64,000 nucleotides of DNA from Octopus sinensis (GCF_006345805.1 NW_021831404.1:186001-250000); one strand, 5' to 3'. Shown: positions 1-14,259, numbered from the stretch's first letter. Numbers and translations are program-made. Notes: generated by a model from the letters alone, not told the origin.

Positions 1-932
1 CAGTGATTAACTGGTACTTATTTAATCGATCCCGAAAGGATGAAAGGCAAAGTCGACAATAATAATACAATAATAATGTTGTTTGAATGAAATGATGTGG
101 TATGACTGTAACAAAAAAATTATACACAGCTGCTACATCAACAGACTTACCAAAGAGCATTAAATGTTGGCATATTCTACGAAAGTAGCAATATCAAGGT
201 CTGTAAAGGTTGTTAGAGGCTAGAAAGCAGTTTTTAAAAAAGAGAAAACCATCCCAATATTTATATGTGTCTCCTGAGATGCACAGAACTGTTTCTAATG
301 CAAAAAAAAAAAAAAACCCCAAAACCTCTGGATGAATGTCTTAGATTCATATATACAAGAATAACAATGAATCGTTATGAAAACGTACAAGACTAGAAAA
401 TTTGATGACTGGGAGAGGAGATGGTCAGTCATATCAACCCCAGTATATGACTGGTACTTTATATAATTGACACTGGAAAAATGAAAGGCAGAGTTGACCT
501 TGGCAGGATTTGAACTCGGAACGTAAAGGGCTATAGCTAAATGTTGCAAGGTATTTAGTCTGATGCTCCATCAATTCGGCCAATAATAGTAATAATAATG
601 ATTTCAAATTTTTGCTGCAAGGGCAGCTTACAGGAGGGGATTAAGTCGATTACATCAACCCCAGTGCATAACTGGTACTTAATTTATCGACCCCAAAAGG
701 ATGAAAAGGTAGAGTCTACCATGGCGGAATTTGAACTCAAATTGGAGCAACAGGCAAAATACTGCTAAGCATTTCATCCAGCGTGCTAACGATTCTGCCA
801 GCTCGCTGCCTTAGTAATAATAATAATAATGGTTGAGAAATGAATTGCATTTTTATACAAAATAGCAGAGTTCAAAAAGAATATTAAAAAAAAAAAAAAA
901 AGCAGTCTGTTCATGTTGCATGTGATGGTAAG

Positions 933-1009
933 CTACCGAACTGTGGCATCGTGTTCAGTGGAATATAGTCCAAGATGTACACCTGAGATAATGGTATCTG
1001 GAAGCAACG
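933..1009 (-). CDS. SNX24: SNX22/24-like last coding exon
   Basis: ttccttcttttcttcag acceptor, phase 1; LPDTIISGVHLGLY resembles FPNVVIEGVLHGIF; TAG at 935-933. Confidence 0.85.
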
Positions 1010-1516
1010 CTGAAGAAAAGAAGGAAATAATATTAGAAATAGACATACATAAATAAATAAATATTATAATTAATAGCAATAAAAAGCAATATTAATAAGG
1101 AATGGCAAGCTTTATGTTCAACTTAACTTGGAGGTTGTGTAAGAACACGGAATGCTGTGTTATTTACCTTGAGAGGACTTCTCATATGGACTTGTGGCAC
1201 TAAAAGTGCTTGGATTTATATCACTGACAGATGAGAATCATCTGCTATCACCACAGGAACTGCCAGATCAAGAGATTTCACCTTGTTTCGGGCTCTACAG
1301 TAGCAACTAAACAGCCAAACCTCCCGTCAACAATACAAAGAGTGCTGCAGGTATGGCTGTGTGGTTAGAAGCTTGCTTCCCAACCACATGGTTCTGGGTT
1401 CGGTCCCATTGCATGGAACCTTGGGCAAGTGTCTTCTGTTACAGCCTCAGGCAAACCAAAGCCTTGTTGTGAGTGGATTTGGTAGACAGAAACTGAAAAG
1501 AAGCCCATCATGTATT

Positions 1517-1551
<35 letters not shown>

Positions 1552-3663
1552 GGGGAGGTGCAATGGCCCAGTGGTTAGGACAGACAAAATACCTATTTCC
1601 TTACTACCCACAAAGGGCTAAACACAGAGGGGACAAACAAGGACAGACAAATGGATCAAGTCAATTACATCGACCCCAGTGCGTAACTGGTACTTATTTA
1701 ACTGACCCCGAAAGGATGAAAGGCAAAGTCGACCTCGGCGGAATTTGAACTTAGAACGTAGCAGCAGACAAAATACGGCTACGCATTTTGCCCGGCGTGC
1801 TAATGATTCTGCCAGCTTGCCGCCTTTTAAAATAATCTGTACATCAAAGTCGACCTCGGCGGAATTTGAACTCAGAACGTAGTGACAGACGAAGTACCTA
1901 TTTCTTTACTACCCACAAGGGGCTAAACACAGAGAGGACAAACAAGGACAGACAAACAGATTAAGTCGATTATATCGACCCCAGTGCGTAATTGGTACTT
2001 ATTTAATCGACCCCGAAAGGATGAAAGGCAAAGTCGACCTCGGCGGAATTTGAACTCAGAACGTAACGGCAGACGAAATACCGCTGAGCATTTCGCCCGG
2101 CATGCTACTGTTTCTGATAGCTCGCCGCCTTAAAGCATCTAAATATTGAAAGTCGTTTGCTATGTCAAGAATAGAGTTCACTCACAAACGAGTATGAACT
2201 GGTAACATCTGCCGTGCTTTCGCTAATTGTCTTAAATGTCTATGTAATTTCAAAAACACAGACATTTTCTTGGTCCTCCATATAGAGAGATGGGTGTATC
2301 ATCAATAAGCTGGTAGTCATTTTCAGCTAGGTAGACTGGAGCAAAATAAAATGGAGCAAAGATACAACATGCCGCCTAGTCCAGGAATCGAACCCACGTT
2401 CTTATTATCCCGAACACAACACTAAACCCCGAGGCCAAACAGGCTTTCACATTTTGTTAGGGTAAGTGATGTTACTTCATTTAATTAAAGGTAGGTAACT
2501 CTTGAGCGCTTAAAACAGACGTTTGCATATCCTTTACTATGAAAATCTTCCAACAGCAAAAAGCATTTAAAACTGTTGTTAGATGAGATAAATTTCCCCC
2601 CCAAACAGTAGGATTGTATATTTTAAATGCTTCAACATTAAAAAGAAAAAGCTTAGTTAAAAAAACGAAGCTTTTCTCTTTTCCCATAAAATAAAATGAA
2701 TAATTATTTTCTAGGGTTTTGTCATAAAGTTTTTTTGTTATTCTTTCACTGTTTTGCTTGTTTCAGTCATTTGATAGTGGACGTGTTGGAGATCTGCCTT
2801 GAGGGGTTTTAGTTGAATAAATAGATCCCAAGACAGAGGTAGCGAGCAGGCAGAATCGTTAGCATGCTGGCGAACTGCTTAGCAGTATTTCGTCTGCCGT
2901 TACGTTCTGAGTTCAAATTTCCCCAAGGTCAACTTTGCCTTTCATCCTTTCAGGGTCGATTAAATAAGTACCAGTTATGCACTGGGGTCGATGAAATCGA
3001 CTCAATCCCTTTGTCTGTCCTTGTCTGTCCCCTCTATTTTTAGCCTCCTGTGGGCAAAAAGAAAATAAATAGACCCCAAGACTTATTTTTTTTAAAGCCT
3101 AGTACTTATTCTATCAGACTCTTTTGCTGAACTGCTAGGTTACAGGAACATAAACACACCAACACTGGTTGTCAAGCGGTGATGAGGGAACACACACACA
3201 TATATATATATACGACGGTCTTCTTTCAGTTTCCGTTTACCAAATCCACTCATGAGGCTTTGATCAGCCTGAGGCTATAATAGAAGACACTTGCCCAAGG
3301 TGCAAGGCAGCAGGACTGAATCCGGAACCATGTGGTTGGAAAGCAAGCTTCTTATTACACAGCCATGCCTGCATCTACACATTTTTTTTAAACTTACACT
3401 AACCTAGAAATAAAATCAGGAGAAATAATAAAGTCTTTTGCAGTTGTGGATATTAAATATCTTCTATATTTTACAGGTTTCAGTCATTGGACTGCAGCCA
3501 TTCTGGAGCACTGACTCAAAGCGTTTAGTCAAACAAATGAACTTCCAGCCTTATTTTTTAAGTCTACAACTTACTGCTTTTTTTTTTTTTTTGCTGAACC
3601 ACAACCACACATACATATGCATACAACAGGCTTCCATGCAGTTTCCATCTATCAAATTCACTC

Positions 3664-4270
3664 TCAAGGAGATAGAGGGAAAAGAGAGAGGAGGGAGATA
3701 GTACATAGAAAGAGAGTGAGGAATGCTAAATCAGAGAAAAAGAGGGAGAGAGGGAGAGCCCAGAGAAAGGAATGAGGGAGAGATATAGTGCAAAAGAGAG
3801 GGAGGGAGAGCCCAGAGAAAATGGAGGGGGAGAGATATAGTGCAAAAGAGAGGGAGGGAGAGAGATATAGTGCAAAAGAGAGGGAGGGAGAGCACAGAGA
3901 AAAGGGAGGGGGAGAGATATAGTGCAGAGAAACAGAGGTGGGGGAGAAATAACACAGACAATGAGAAAGACATATATATAGCACAGAGTGGAAGAGAAAG
4001 AAAGTAGGAAAAAGGTGGGGGGAGGGAGAAAGAGAGTGAGAAGAGAGGTAGTGCAAGGGGAGGAAGGGGGATAACACAGCGAAAAAGAGGGAAGGGGGGA
4101 GCTATAGCATAGCTAGGGAGAAGGCAGAAGGAGATATAACAGAGAGAGAAAGAGCAACAGCCCAGAGTGAGAGGAAGGAGACTGCAGAGAGAAAGAGAGG
4201 GAGCAAGAGGAGAAATAGCTAGAGGGAAAGACAGCATGGAGCAGAGAAGGAAAAAAGAAAGAGAAAATCA
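3664..4270. repeat. Purine-rich GA low-complexity tract with degenerate ~30-46-bp units
   Basis: Repeated gagagatatagtgcaaaagagagggagggagag. Confidence 0.85.
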
Positions 4271-4299
4271 AGAAAAGAACACGAATGCACAGAACTTAC

Positions 4300-4394
4300 T
4301 TTTGTTAGTATCGTACAGAAAGGCATCTTCTTCAAACTTGACCATTGGTTTGTGGGAACATAGGACAGGTTCCTGGAGCATATGGTCCACAGAC
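4300..4394 (-). CDS. SNX24: SNX22/24-like coding exon 5
   Basis: cattttgaag acceptor, gtaagt donor, 95 nt, phase 2/1; SHKPMVKFEEDAF resembles the SHQPVLLF..DPY C-terminal motif. Confidence 0.85.
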
Positions 4395-4512
4395 CTTCAA
4401 AATGAAGATAGGAAATAATCAAGTTATAAGGATTGGGGTTTGATATTTTTTGTATTGGTCAGGTTTACTGAGAAAGTTTTGCAGGGAACAGAATTAAGGT
4501 TCAGGTTTACAG

Positions 4513-5554
4513 CAGTGATTCTCAACCATTTTTTTTACCTATGGACCCTTTTGATTGTTATTTTACTCGGGTGGACTCCTATAACCATTTGGTGCTTTTA
4601 AAAAATACCATTATGTTTTTATAATTAATAATTACTAGCAGTATCGCCCGGCATTGCTCGGCTTTGTTTCGACCCGCTGGAATTGGAATTTTTGAAAAGT
4701 AAAAATTTTGCATTATGTAGCTTGTTATTCTCTTTAAGTGAACATTTTTCTGGTTGAAATACACCGAAAAATGGCGGCACAGCAGTCAAAATATCGTAAA
4801 AAATAGGGATTTTCATAGAAAAAAAAGCACCTTTTTGATGTAAATAATTTTTGGTCTTAACATGGTCTGATTTGAATTTTATCTTCTACGGAATGAAGAG
4901 CAAGCCTTCTTCTATCATACTCTCAATTTTGGTCAACTTGCCCCGCAAGGTCTCGGAGGAGATAGTATTAGTTGAAGGCAACCAAACCTGCCACACACAG
5001 ACAACTTCAGCTTTATATATATAGATTAGGAATTGCATTTTAAAAAATTCATTAAAAGTTTTCTGTATTATTCTTTCTTTTATTTTTTTACTTGCTTCAG
5101 TCATTTGAGTGTGGCCATACTAGAGCACCACTTTGAAGGGTTTTAGTCAAACAAATTGCCCCCAGGGTTTACGTTTTTTTAAAGCCTAGTATTTATTCTA
5201 TGGTCTCTTTTGCCGAACTACTAAGTTACAGGGACACAAACATGCCAACACTAGTCGTCAAGGAGTGATGAGGACACGCACACACACACATACAATGGGT
5301 TTCTTTCAGATACTGTATACCAAAATCCACTCACAAGGCTTTAGTCAACCCAAGGCAATAGAAGGAGACACACTTGTCCAAGGTGCCACGCAGTGGGACT
5401 GAACTTGGTACCATGTGGCTGGGAAGGAAGCTTCTTACCACACAGTTACACCTGTGCCTATTGTAGAAGCATAACCAGTTTATTGCACATAAATTTTAAC
5501 AAAATCTTCCATGGGCCCACAAGGGTCATATTGGACCCAGATTGAGAATCACTG
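4513..5554. mobile_element. hAT (Charlie-like) MITE with nested Helitron and SINE
   Basis: TIRs cagtgattctcaa/ttgagaatcactg; perfect 8-bp TSD GTTTACAG. Confidence 0.9.
4635..5025 (-). mobile_element. Non-autonomous Helitron, family H1 (391 bp)
   Basis: 5' TC, 3' CTAG, subterminal ccgagcaatgccggg hairpin, inserted between A and T, no TSD. Confidence 0.85.
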
Positions 5555-6332
5555 GTTTACAGTAAACAGAATTAAAGTTTTAAAATCAGTAATTTGTGGA
5601 GATTAGATTAGATGACAGTGAGAGTTTGTAGTGTTTGCCATGATTGGAGTTAGGATAGGGTTGTGCCATAATCCATCATTTTGTGGGGCTTTTTTTTTAT
5701 CAAATTAAGCAGCATGCTGCAAATTTAAAAGAAGGCGAGAAGGTGACATTCAAACCTTTTTAATCTGCATTTGCAATATAATTAGACTTTTAGAGGTCAT
5801 CACTAAATTAGCACATGTTAAAAAGTTGTCACAAATACTGGTCCAGAAACTTTTATAATCCATACAAGTTTACCCAACAGGAACTTAAAATTCCCATGGC
5901 TGCCAGACTAATTTATTGGTATCTTGCACAGTACAGTATTAATCCACTTAGCGTCGTCTTACTGGCACTTGTGCTGGTGGCATGTGAAACAACATTGGAG
6001 CAAAATCGTTGCCAGTGCTGCTGGACTGGTTCCTGCGCAGGTGGCACATAAAAAGCACTACTTGAGCGTGGCCGTTGCCATTACCGCCTGACTGGGCCCT
6101 AGTGCCGGTGGCACATAAAAGCACCCACTACACTCTCAGAGTGGTTGCATCAGGAAGGGCATGCAGCTGTAGAAACTCTGCCAGATCAGATTGGAGCCTG
6201 GTGCAGCCATCTGGTTCACCAGACCTCAATCAAATCGTCCAACCCATGCTAGCATGGAAAGCAGACGTTAAACGATGATGATGATGATGCATCAGTTATG
6301 TACAAGTACTTGTATTTTGTTAAATTATTTAA

Positions 6333-7274
6333 CCCTTTAGCAGTTAGATTTCTCGGTCAAATGTAAGGGTAAATGAAAAGGACCCCCTTCGGTCATGAAT
6401 GACCATGGATTGCACCAACAACGTTACCTTCCAAGGCACAAGTCCGGGCAAGGTTGTTTATGGTAGGTCAGCAGTTGCCCATGCATACCAGCCTCCTCTC
6501 TCCACACCATTATATGTACATGGCGTATAGGGTAAAGACCCCCTTCAGTCATGAATGACCATGGGGTTGCACCTAGAAAGTTCTCCTCTGAGTCACAAGT
6601 CTAGGCAAGGTTGTTTATGGAAGATCAACGGTCACCCGTGCATACCAGCCTCCCCTCTCCAGACAATTGATGTTATCCAAGGGAAAGGCAAAGGCCAATA
6701 CAGATTGGCACCAGTGATGTTGCAACTCATTTTTACAACTGAATGAACTGGAGCAACATCAAATAAAGAGTCTAATCATCATTATCATCATCATCATCAT
6801 CATCGTTTAGCATCTGCTTTCCATGTTGGCATGGGTTGGACGGTGCAACTGGGGTCTGGGAAGCCAGAAGGCTGCACCAGGCCCAGTCTGATCTGGCAAT
6901 GTTTTTATGGCTGGATGCCCTTCCTAATGCCAACCACTCCATGAGTGTAGTGGGTGCTTTTTACATGCCACCGGCACAGGTGCCAGACGAGGCTGGCAAA
7001 CTGCCATGGTCGGATGGTGCTTTTTACGTGCCACCAGCACGCAAGCCAGTCGGAGCGTCGCTGGCACGGCCACGTTTAGATAGTTCTCTTATGTGCCACT
7101 GGCACTGGTATCACAGCTGCTTATTTATTTACATTGATATGGAATTTCAATGACATGATTGTTTATTTCTGGAATAATATTGCCAGGTAAGTGTGAGAGG
7201 CCAGATCTGCCCAGTTTGAAGATAATACAGGTAGATTACTTTGGTCAGATATGGCCCGTTTAAATGCTAAAGGG
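6333..7274. mobile_element. piggyBac-type MITE (ccctttagca TIR) interrupted by SINE and RTE fragments
   Basis: TTAA on both sides; ccctttagca/tgctaaaggg. Confidence 0.75.
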
Positions 7275-8534
7275 TTAAGTAAATTTAATATTTGTTTAAT
7301 TTAGAGTGAATTCACTCTAGTTTGGAAAAAAATCAGTTATCCAAGAAGGCTTTGGAACCAAGTGTACCAGAAAATTGATGTAGTACCAGCATATTTTTTC
7401 TTTTTTTAATATTCTAAATTCAAGGGATTAAGAAGAAAGTAAAAAATAACAAAAACCTAGACATGAGATTTTCAATCTCTTCCAAATTGTATTCGCAGCA
7501 GGCATCAAATGAGGAAAGCTTCAATCAGGAGTTGAAACCAAATCAAAGTCATGACTAGTCAGGAATGTGTACCTTTTTTGCTTTGCAATGCTAGTCAGAG
7601 TTGTATACAATATTGAATTTCCAAATTAGCACAGAGCCACAAAATATGAGGACATGATCATCCCATTTGCTTAGGAAATGTTTAGCAAATATGGCTCCAG
7701 TTCTATGATAGCATATTGAAGAAAATGCTTGGCATAATTTCTTCCAGCTCTTTATGTTTTGAGTTTATATTCTGACAAAATCAACTTTGGCATTTCATCC
7801 TTTCTGGCTTGATAACATAAGTACCAGTTGAACACTGGGGTTGATGTTATTGCTGGCCTTGTGCCAAGATTAAAGATTTATTATTCTTTTCTACACTAGG
7901 CACAAGGCCTCCAAAGCTTTTAGTGAGGGGGCCAGTCGATTAGATTGACCCCAGTATGCAACTGATATTTAAATTATAGACTCCAAAAGGATGAAAGGCA
8001 AAGTTGACCTCGGTGGAATTTGAACTTAGAATGCTAAGCATTTCGCCCGGCATGCCAACATTTTGGCCAGTTTGCTGCTATCAATAATATTAATAACAAT
8101 AATAATAATAATAATATTAATAATAAATCTCTAAAAGGGCAGCGAGCTGGCAGAATCGTTATCACACCAGGCAAAATGCTTAGCGGCATTTCACCCATCT
8201 TTACATTCTGAGTTCAAATTCCACCAAGGTCAACTTTGCCTTTCATCCTTTAGGGGTTGATAAATTATGTACCAGTGAAATGCTGGAGGCAATGTGAGCA
8301 ACTAGTCCTCTCCTTCAAACTTTCAGGCCTTATTATTATTATTTTTTTTTTTTTTATTTATTTTTTTTTATTATTATTATATAGGGTGGCAAGCTAGCAG
8401 AATCATTAGAACACCAGAGAAAATACTTAGTGGTAATTTCTTCCAACTTTATTTTCTGAGTTCAAATTCCATCAAGGCCACTTTGCCTTTCATCTTCCTG
8501 AAGTCAATAAAATAAGTTCCTGTCAAGCACTAGG

Positions 8535-8900
8535 GTTAATATAATGAAATTACTGTATACAGTGCTCAGGTGCACCACAACTTGTCAGAAAGTGCATATA
8601 AAGTATATGCAGTAATGTACAAATGTCTGGAAAGCGAACAATGTATGAGTCAGATACATGCTTGTGTGTGTATGGAGGGGAGAAAATCAGGTGTAGTGTC
8701 GGCGAATCTCAGAAAGCATGGAAGTTTTGAAGGATGCAGTGCTCCAACAACTAACAACTGATGCCAGCAGTTTGTTTCATGCTTCAGCAACTTTCAGCGT
8801 GAAAAAATGTTTCCTAAAGTCATGGGAGCTGTGCTGTTTTCTGACTTTGTAAATTTGTCCACAGGTGTTAGACGGGTGGAGTTTGAAAATGTGATCAACT
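8535..8900 (-). mobile_element. CR1-clade LINE 3' end (second copy 29481-29755 with (ATT)n tail)
   Basis: Minus strand reads KVRKQHSSHDFRKHFFTLKVAEA*NKL..SVVS..STASFK, typical CR1 ORF2 end. Confidence 0.8.
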
Positions 8901-9001
8901 AACTTCATTCGCCAAATTTCAGGCTGTGTGCTTATAGTAGAAACGGTTATTACTATAAGTATTTTATGATGATGATGATGATTTGAAATGCTGCTACTTA
9001 C

Positions 9002-9090
9002 TCAAAGCCAGGTTCATATGGCTCCAGTTCTAAGAAATTGAACAATGCCGGAGGAATGTAACCATTGCTGCTGGTGGTTTGACATACAGT
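9002..9090 (-). CDS. SNX24: SNX22/24-like coding exon 4
   Basis: cttttcttcttttacag acceptor, gtaagt donor, 89 nt, phase 0/2; IPPALFNFL completes the PX helix. Confidence 0.85.
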
Positions 9091-10439
9091 CTGTAAAAGA
9101 AGAAAAGAAGCATTAGTATTTGACTTTCATTGATGTTGTAAAAAAAACTTCACTACCAACATATAATTCAATGACATAAGTGGCTTTGCTATTTCATATT
9201 ATTGACAATAACATAACTCTTTACTCTTTTTACTCTTTTACTAGTTTCAGTCATTTGACTGCGGCCATGCTGGAGCACCGCCTTTAGTCGAGCAAATCGA
9301 CCCCGGGACTTATTCTTTGTAAGCCCAGTGCTTATTCTATCGGTCTCTTTTGCCGAACCGCTAAGTGACGGGGACGTAAACACACCAGCATCGGTTGTCA
9401 AGCAATGCTAGGGGGACAAACACAAACATACATACATATATATATATACATATATACGACAGGCTTCTTTCAGTTTCCGTCTACCAAATCCACTCACAAG
9501 GCATTGGTCGGCCCGGGGCTATAGCAGAAGACACTTGCCCAAGATGCCACGCAGTGGGACTGAACCCGGAACCATGTGGCGGGTTAGCAAGCTACTTAGC
9601 ACACAGCCAACAAAAAAAAAAAACTTTACTACCCATGCATTATTGACAATGATATAAGAGGCCTCACTACAACTATTATTAACAAAACAGACATTACCAT
9701 CTACACGAGTGACATTGATGTAAGAGGCCTAACTACCGACATACTATAGTCACTGATACAAGAAACCTCATTACTGACATATTATTGACAGAAGAGATCT
9801 TGCTATTTATACATCGTTAGTATTGATGTGATAGGATTCACTATCATATTCTCCATTATGACACAGATATGAAGAAAAAAGAAAAAGAAAATAAACTCCA
9901 GTATCAGTTCAATCTTACACCTTTACTAATGAAATCATCAGCAGATCTGTCTGTCTGTCTATATATATATATATATACTCTTTACTCTTTTACTTGTTTC
10001 AGTCATTTGACTGCGGCCATGCTGGAGCACCGCCTTTAATCGAGCAACTCGACCCCGGGACTTATTCTTTTTGTAAGCCCAGTACTTATTCTATCGGTCT
10101 CTTTTTGCCGAACCGCTAAGTGACGGGGACGTAAACACACCGGCATCGGTTGTCAAGCGATGTTGGGGGGACAAACACAGACACACAAACACACACACAC
10201 ACATACATATATATATACATATACGACAGGCTTCTTTCAGTTTCCGTTTACCAAATCCACTCACAAGGCATTGGTCGGCCCGGGGCTATAGCAGAAGACA
10301 CTTGCCCAAGATGCCACGCAGTGGGACTGAACCCGGAACCATGTGGTTGGTTAGCTAGCTACTTACCACACAGCCATATATATATAAACTTGGTACTAGT
10401 TCAAATATGTCTGAGAAATATTTGAGCCTCTAAGAAATA

Positions 10440-11660
10440 AGTAGGAAGGCAGATAAATCATAAATTCCTTCAGGTAGATGGCACAGCACGATCTGTAGAA
10501 AAGGCATAGGTAGAAACTCCATGAGATGTACCCAGTGCAAGCTATGGACCTAAGAGGTATAGCAATATCAAAGGAAAGTTAACTGGGAAGATAGTTCTTG
10601 TGTGTGTGGCAGATGCACAGGTGCAATAAACACTGAAGATGTATAGAAAACATTTTCCATCACATGCCAGGGGGAAAAACTAGAAGTAGTTGATAGCTTC
10701 CTTTACCTAGGTGACTAAGTCAGTAGTGGAGGTGGATGCTCTGAGAGTGTAGCTGCTAGAATAAGAATAATCTGGGCAAAGTTCAGAGAGTCCCTAAATC
10801 TGCTGGTAACAAAAGTCCTCTTGCGAAAGGTAGATTGTATGATGCCTGTGTGCAAACAGCCATGCTACACAGCAGTGAAATATGGGCTGTGACTGCTGAG
10901 GACATGCATAAGCTTGAAAGAAATGAAACCAGTATGCTCCGCTCAGTGTGTAATGTCAGTGTGCATAAACAACAGAGTGTAAGCACTCTGAGAAAAAAGT
11001 TGGACATAAGAAGCATTAGATGTGGTGTGCAAGAGAGACAATTGTGCTGATATGGTCATGTGTTGTGTATGGATGAGGATAGCTGTATGAAGAAGTGTTA
11101 CACTCGAACAGTGGAGGAAACCTGTGGAAGATATGGGATGAGGTGGTGAAGCATGACCTTCGAATGCTGGGCCTCACAGAGGCAATGACAGGTGATGAGA
11201 CCTTTGAAGATATGCTGTGCTTGAGAAGACCCGGCAAGCCAAGTGAGATTGTAGCCATGGCTGATGGCAGTGTCGCATAACTGACCCATTTAAAACACCC
11301 TTCAATTGTCGGGCAATCTGCCATGCTTGTGAAGACCTACTGAACCAAGTGAAATCATAGTTGTGTCTGATGCCAGTGCCGCCTAACTGGCACCCGTGCC
11401 AGTGGTATGTAAAGAGCACCATTCGAGCATGACCAATTCCAGTGCCACCTGTCTGGCACCCATGCTGGTGGCACATAAAAAGCACTCATTACACTCTTGG
11501 AGTGGTTGGCATTAGGAAGGGCATTCAGCTGTAGAAACCTTGCCAAATCAGATTGGAGCTTGATGCAGCCTCCTGGCTTGCCAGTTCTCAGTCAAACCAT
11601 CCAACCCATGCCAGCATGGAAAGCAGATGTTAAATGACGATTATGATGGCAATGATGATG
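10440..11660 (+). mobile_element. 5'-truncated RTE-clade LINE (ORF C-terminus, 3'UTR, (GAT)n tail)
   Basis: YDACVQTAMLHSSEIWA...WYGHV...KHDLRMLGLTEAMT; ggttggcattaggaagggcat 3' motif. Confidence 0.9.
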
Positions 11661-11953
11661 AAGTTGATTTACTCCTTCAAAGCCATGGTGTGTTTACACA
11701 GCATGGTCAATTCAGAGCACTTTCTCTTAGACTGATGGATGAATGCATTTTGAGTCAACTTCTGGTACAAATGTTTACATTTTGTATGTCATCTACAACA
11801 AAAAAAATTCTGGAAACGATCTACTCATCTAATTTACGCAACCCTTAAAGTTAATTTTTGTTTTTGCGAAAAAAGTGCATAAATTACATGGGATTTTACG
11901 GTAATCACTAAAATCCCTAGGGCTTAACATCTTGAGAAAGTTATTGCCTTGAT

Positions 11954-12249
11954 CAGTGGTTCCAATCTTTTCACTACTAAGGACCCCTTTTATTTAACCC
12001 TTTCGTTACCGCATTCATTTTGAGATGCTCTGTGTTTCTTTCAATTATTTTAAATATAACAAAGAATTTAGTAAAATAACTTTGTTATCATTAAGCTAGT
12101 GTTAGGAACATAAATTGTGACTAATGTTTGGTGGTATATTTTAATGAGAAACTTATGAAAACAAGACATTTATACTACAGAGCCAGAGCCGGTTTTGGCA
12201 AAAGGGTTAAATGAGCTTTCCCACAGATACCTTTTAATATGCTTATCCT

Positions 12250-12295
<46 letters not shown>

Positions 12296-12378
12296 AAATT
12301 TTGCATTTAGTTCATGGATCCCCAGTACTACCTTTGCGAACCACCAGGGGTCCGCAGACCCCAGGTTAGGAACCACTA
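11954..12378. mobile_element. hAT MITE with nested piggyBac MITE (11998-12206)
   Basis: cagtggttccaa...ttaggaaccacta; TSD gccttgat/gcctagat; inner TTAA-flanked ccc...ggg element. Confidence 0.8.
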
Positions 12379-12716
12379 GCCTAGATTGAATTATATTCTA
12401 CAATCAACAGACACATTTGTCCAATCCCAGACAAAATCGAAATCATCATTGCCCCCATTGTAACTTCAGAGCAAAATCCATACCTGAACTCAGATTACAT
12501 TCATGCATCCATCGCAAATAGATGCAGCTTCTTTTATTTTTAATCCTTTTCCCGCCAATGTCGACTTTGCTTTACCTTCTTTCAGGGTCGATAAATTATG
12601 TAGCAGTGAAGCACTGGGGTTGATGTAATCGACCAGTCCCCCCTCCCCACAAATTTCAGGCCTTGTGCCTTTAGTAGAAAGGATTATTATTATTATTATT
12701 ATCATTATTATTATTA

Positions 12717-12762
<46 letters not shown>

Positions 12763-13720
12763 TGCTGAGTGAAATGCTTAGCAGTATTTCTGAGTTCAAA
12801 TTCTGCTGAGACCGACTTTGATTTTCACCCTTTGTGGTCAATGAAATAAGTACCAGTCAACTACTGGCGGTCAATGTAATTGACTAGTCACCTCTCCTTA
12901 AAATTTCAGGCCTTGTGCCTTTAGTAGAAAGGATGATTATTATTATTATTATTAAGGCAGCAAGCTGGCAAGATCGTTAGCATGTCAGGCAAAATGCTTA
13001 GTGGCATTTCATGTCTTTATATTATGAGTTCAAATTCTGGCAAGATTGACTGACTTTTATTTTTTGAGGGTTAATGAAATAGAACCAGCTGAACACTGCA
13101 GTCAGTGTAATTGATTTGCCCACTCCCACAAAACTTCAGGCTTTGTGCCTATAGTAGAAAGGATGATGATGATTATTATTATATTATTATTATCATTATT
13201 ATTATTATTATTATTAAGGTGACAAGCTGGCAGAATTGTTTGCACACCAAGCGAAATGCTTAGCGGTATTTTGTCTGCTGCTACATTCTGAGTTCAAATT
13301 CCACTGAAGTCGACTTTGTCTTTCATCCTTTCAAGGTTGATGAAATAAGTACAAGTTATGCACTTGGCCTTATACCCAAGAGTAGAAATAATTATTATTA
13401 AGATGGCAAGCTGGCTGAATCATTAGCGCACCAGGTGAAATGCTTAGTGGCATTTTGTCCATCTTCACATTCTGAGTTCAAATTCCACCATGGTTAACTT
13501 TGCTTTTCATCCTTTTGGGGTCAATAAATTAAGTACCAGTGAAAAACTGGGATTGATGTAATCGACTTATTCCCTCCCCACAAATTTCAGGCCATGTGCC
13601 TACAGTAGAAAGAATTATCATTATTATTATTATTATTATTATTATCATCATCATCGTCATCATCATCATTACGAAAGTGTAAAAAGTGAGGTTAAATATC
13701 AGAATGCAAGAACTCACAGA

Positions 13721-13751
<31 letters not shown>

Positions 13752-14039
13752 CAATGTCTCCTAAGCATTTTCCATAGCACTGAGAGACAGTGCAGAAGGA
13801 TGTTTGTGAGCCAGTGTGCTTTGCTCTAGTTTTGCATGGCAGGAAGTGAATGGGAGGAAAAGAATCTCCCGCCTACCTCACAACCCACATCCCACCTACC
13901 CCACCCTGGAGTAAGATGCCAACATTAAAACACAAGAAACATGGCTGCGCTCCCAAGTGGTCTACTGCTCTGATTCCTGTGATTGAAGCCATGTACAGAA
14001 AATTTGATATAAAAAAAAAAATCATAAAAGATTGTTTAA

Positions 14040-14259
14040 CTCTTTAATATTTGATCTGGCTATATCCAGCCAAAATATGCTGCCTGTCTTATGTTCAAAC
14101 AAGCCAGATCCAGCCTCTCACACCTACCCTACAATGCCATTCTAAAAGTAAACAACAACATCACCCAAATCTCAAAGTCATGAGGTAATCCATGATTAAT
14201 TCAAATTAATATAAATAAATAAGGATTACACTTGACACAGTAATCTGAATGCTAAAAGG
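14040..14259. mobile_element. piggyBac-type MITE, same family, uninterrupted
   Basis: TTAA flanks; reverse complement of the 7140-7274 sequence. Confidence 0.75.

Noticed and set aside
12520-13620. R4/Dong LINE as the mobiliser of SINE B
   Set aside because: The R4-like fragment abuts (AAT)n on its sense strand, whereas SINE B has (ATT)n on its sense strand; opposite polarity
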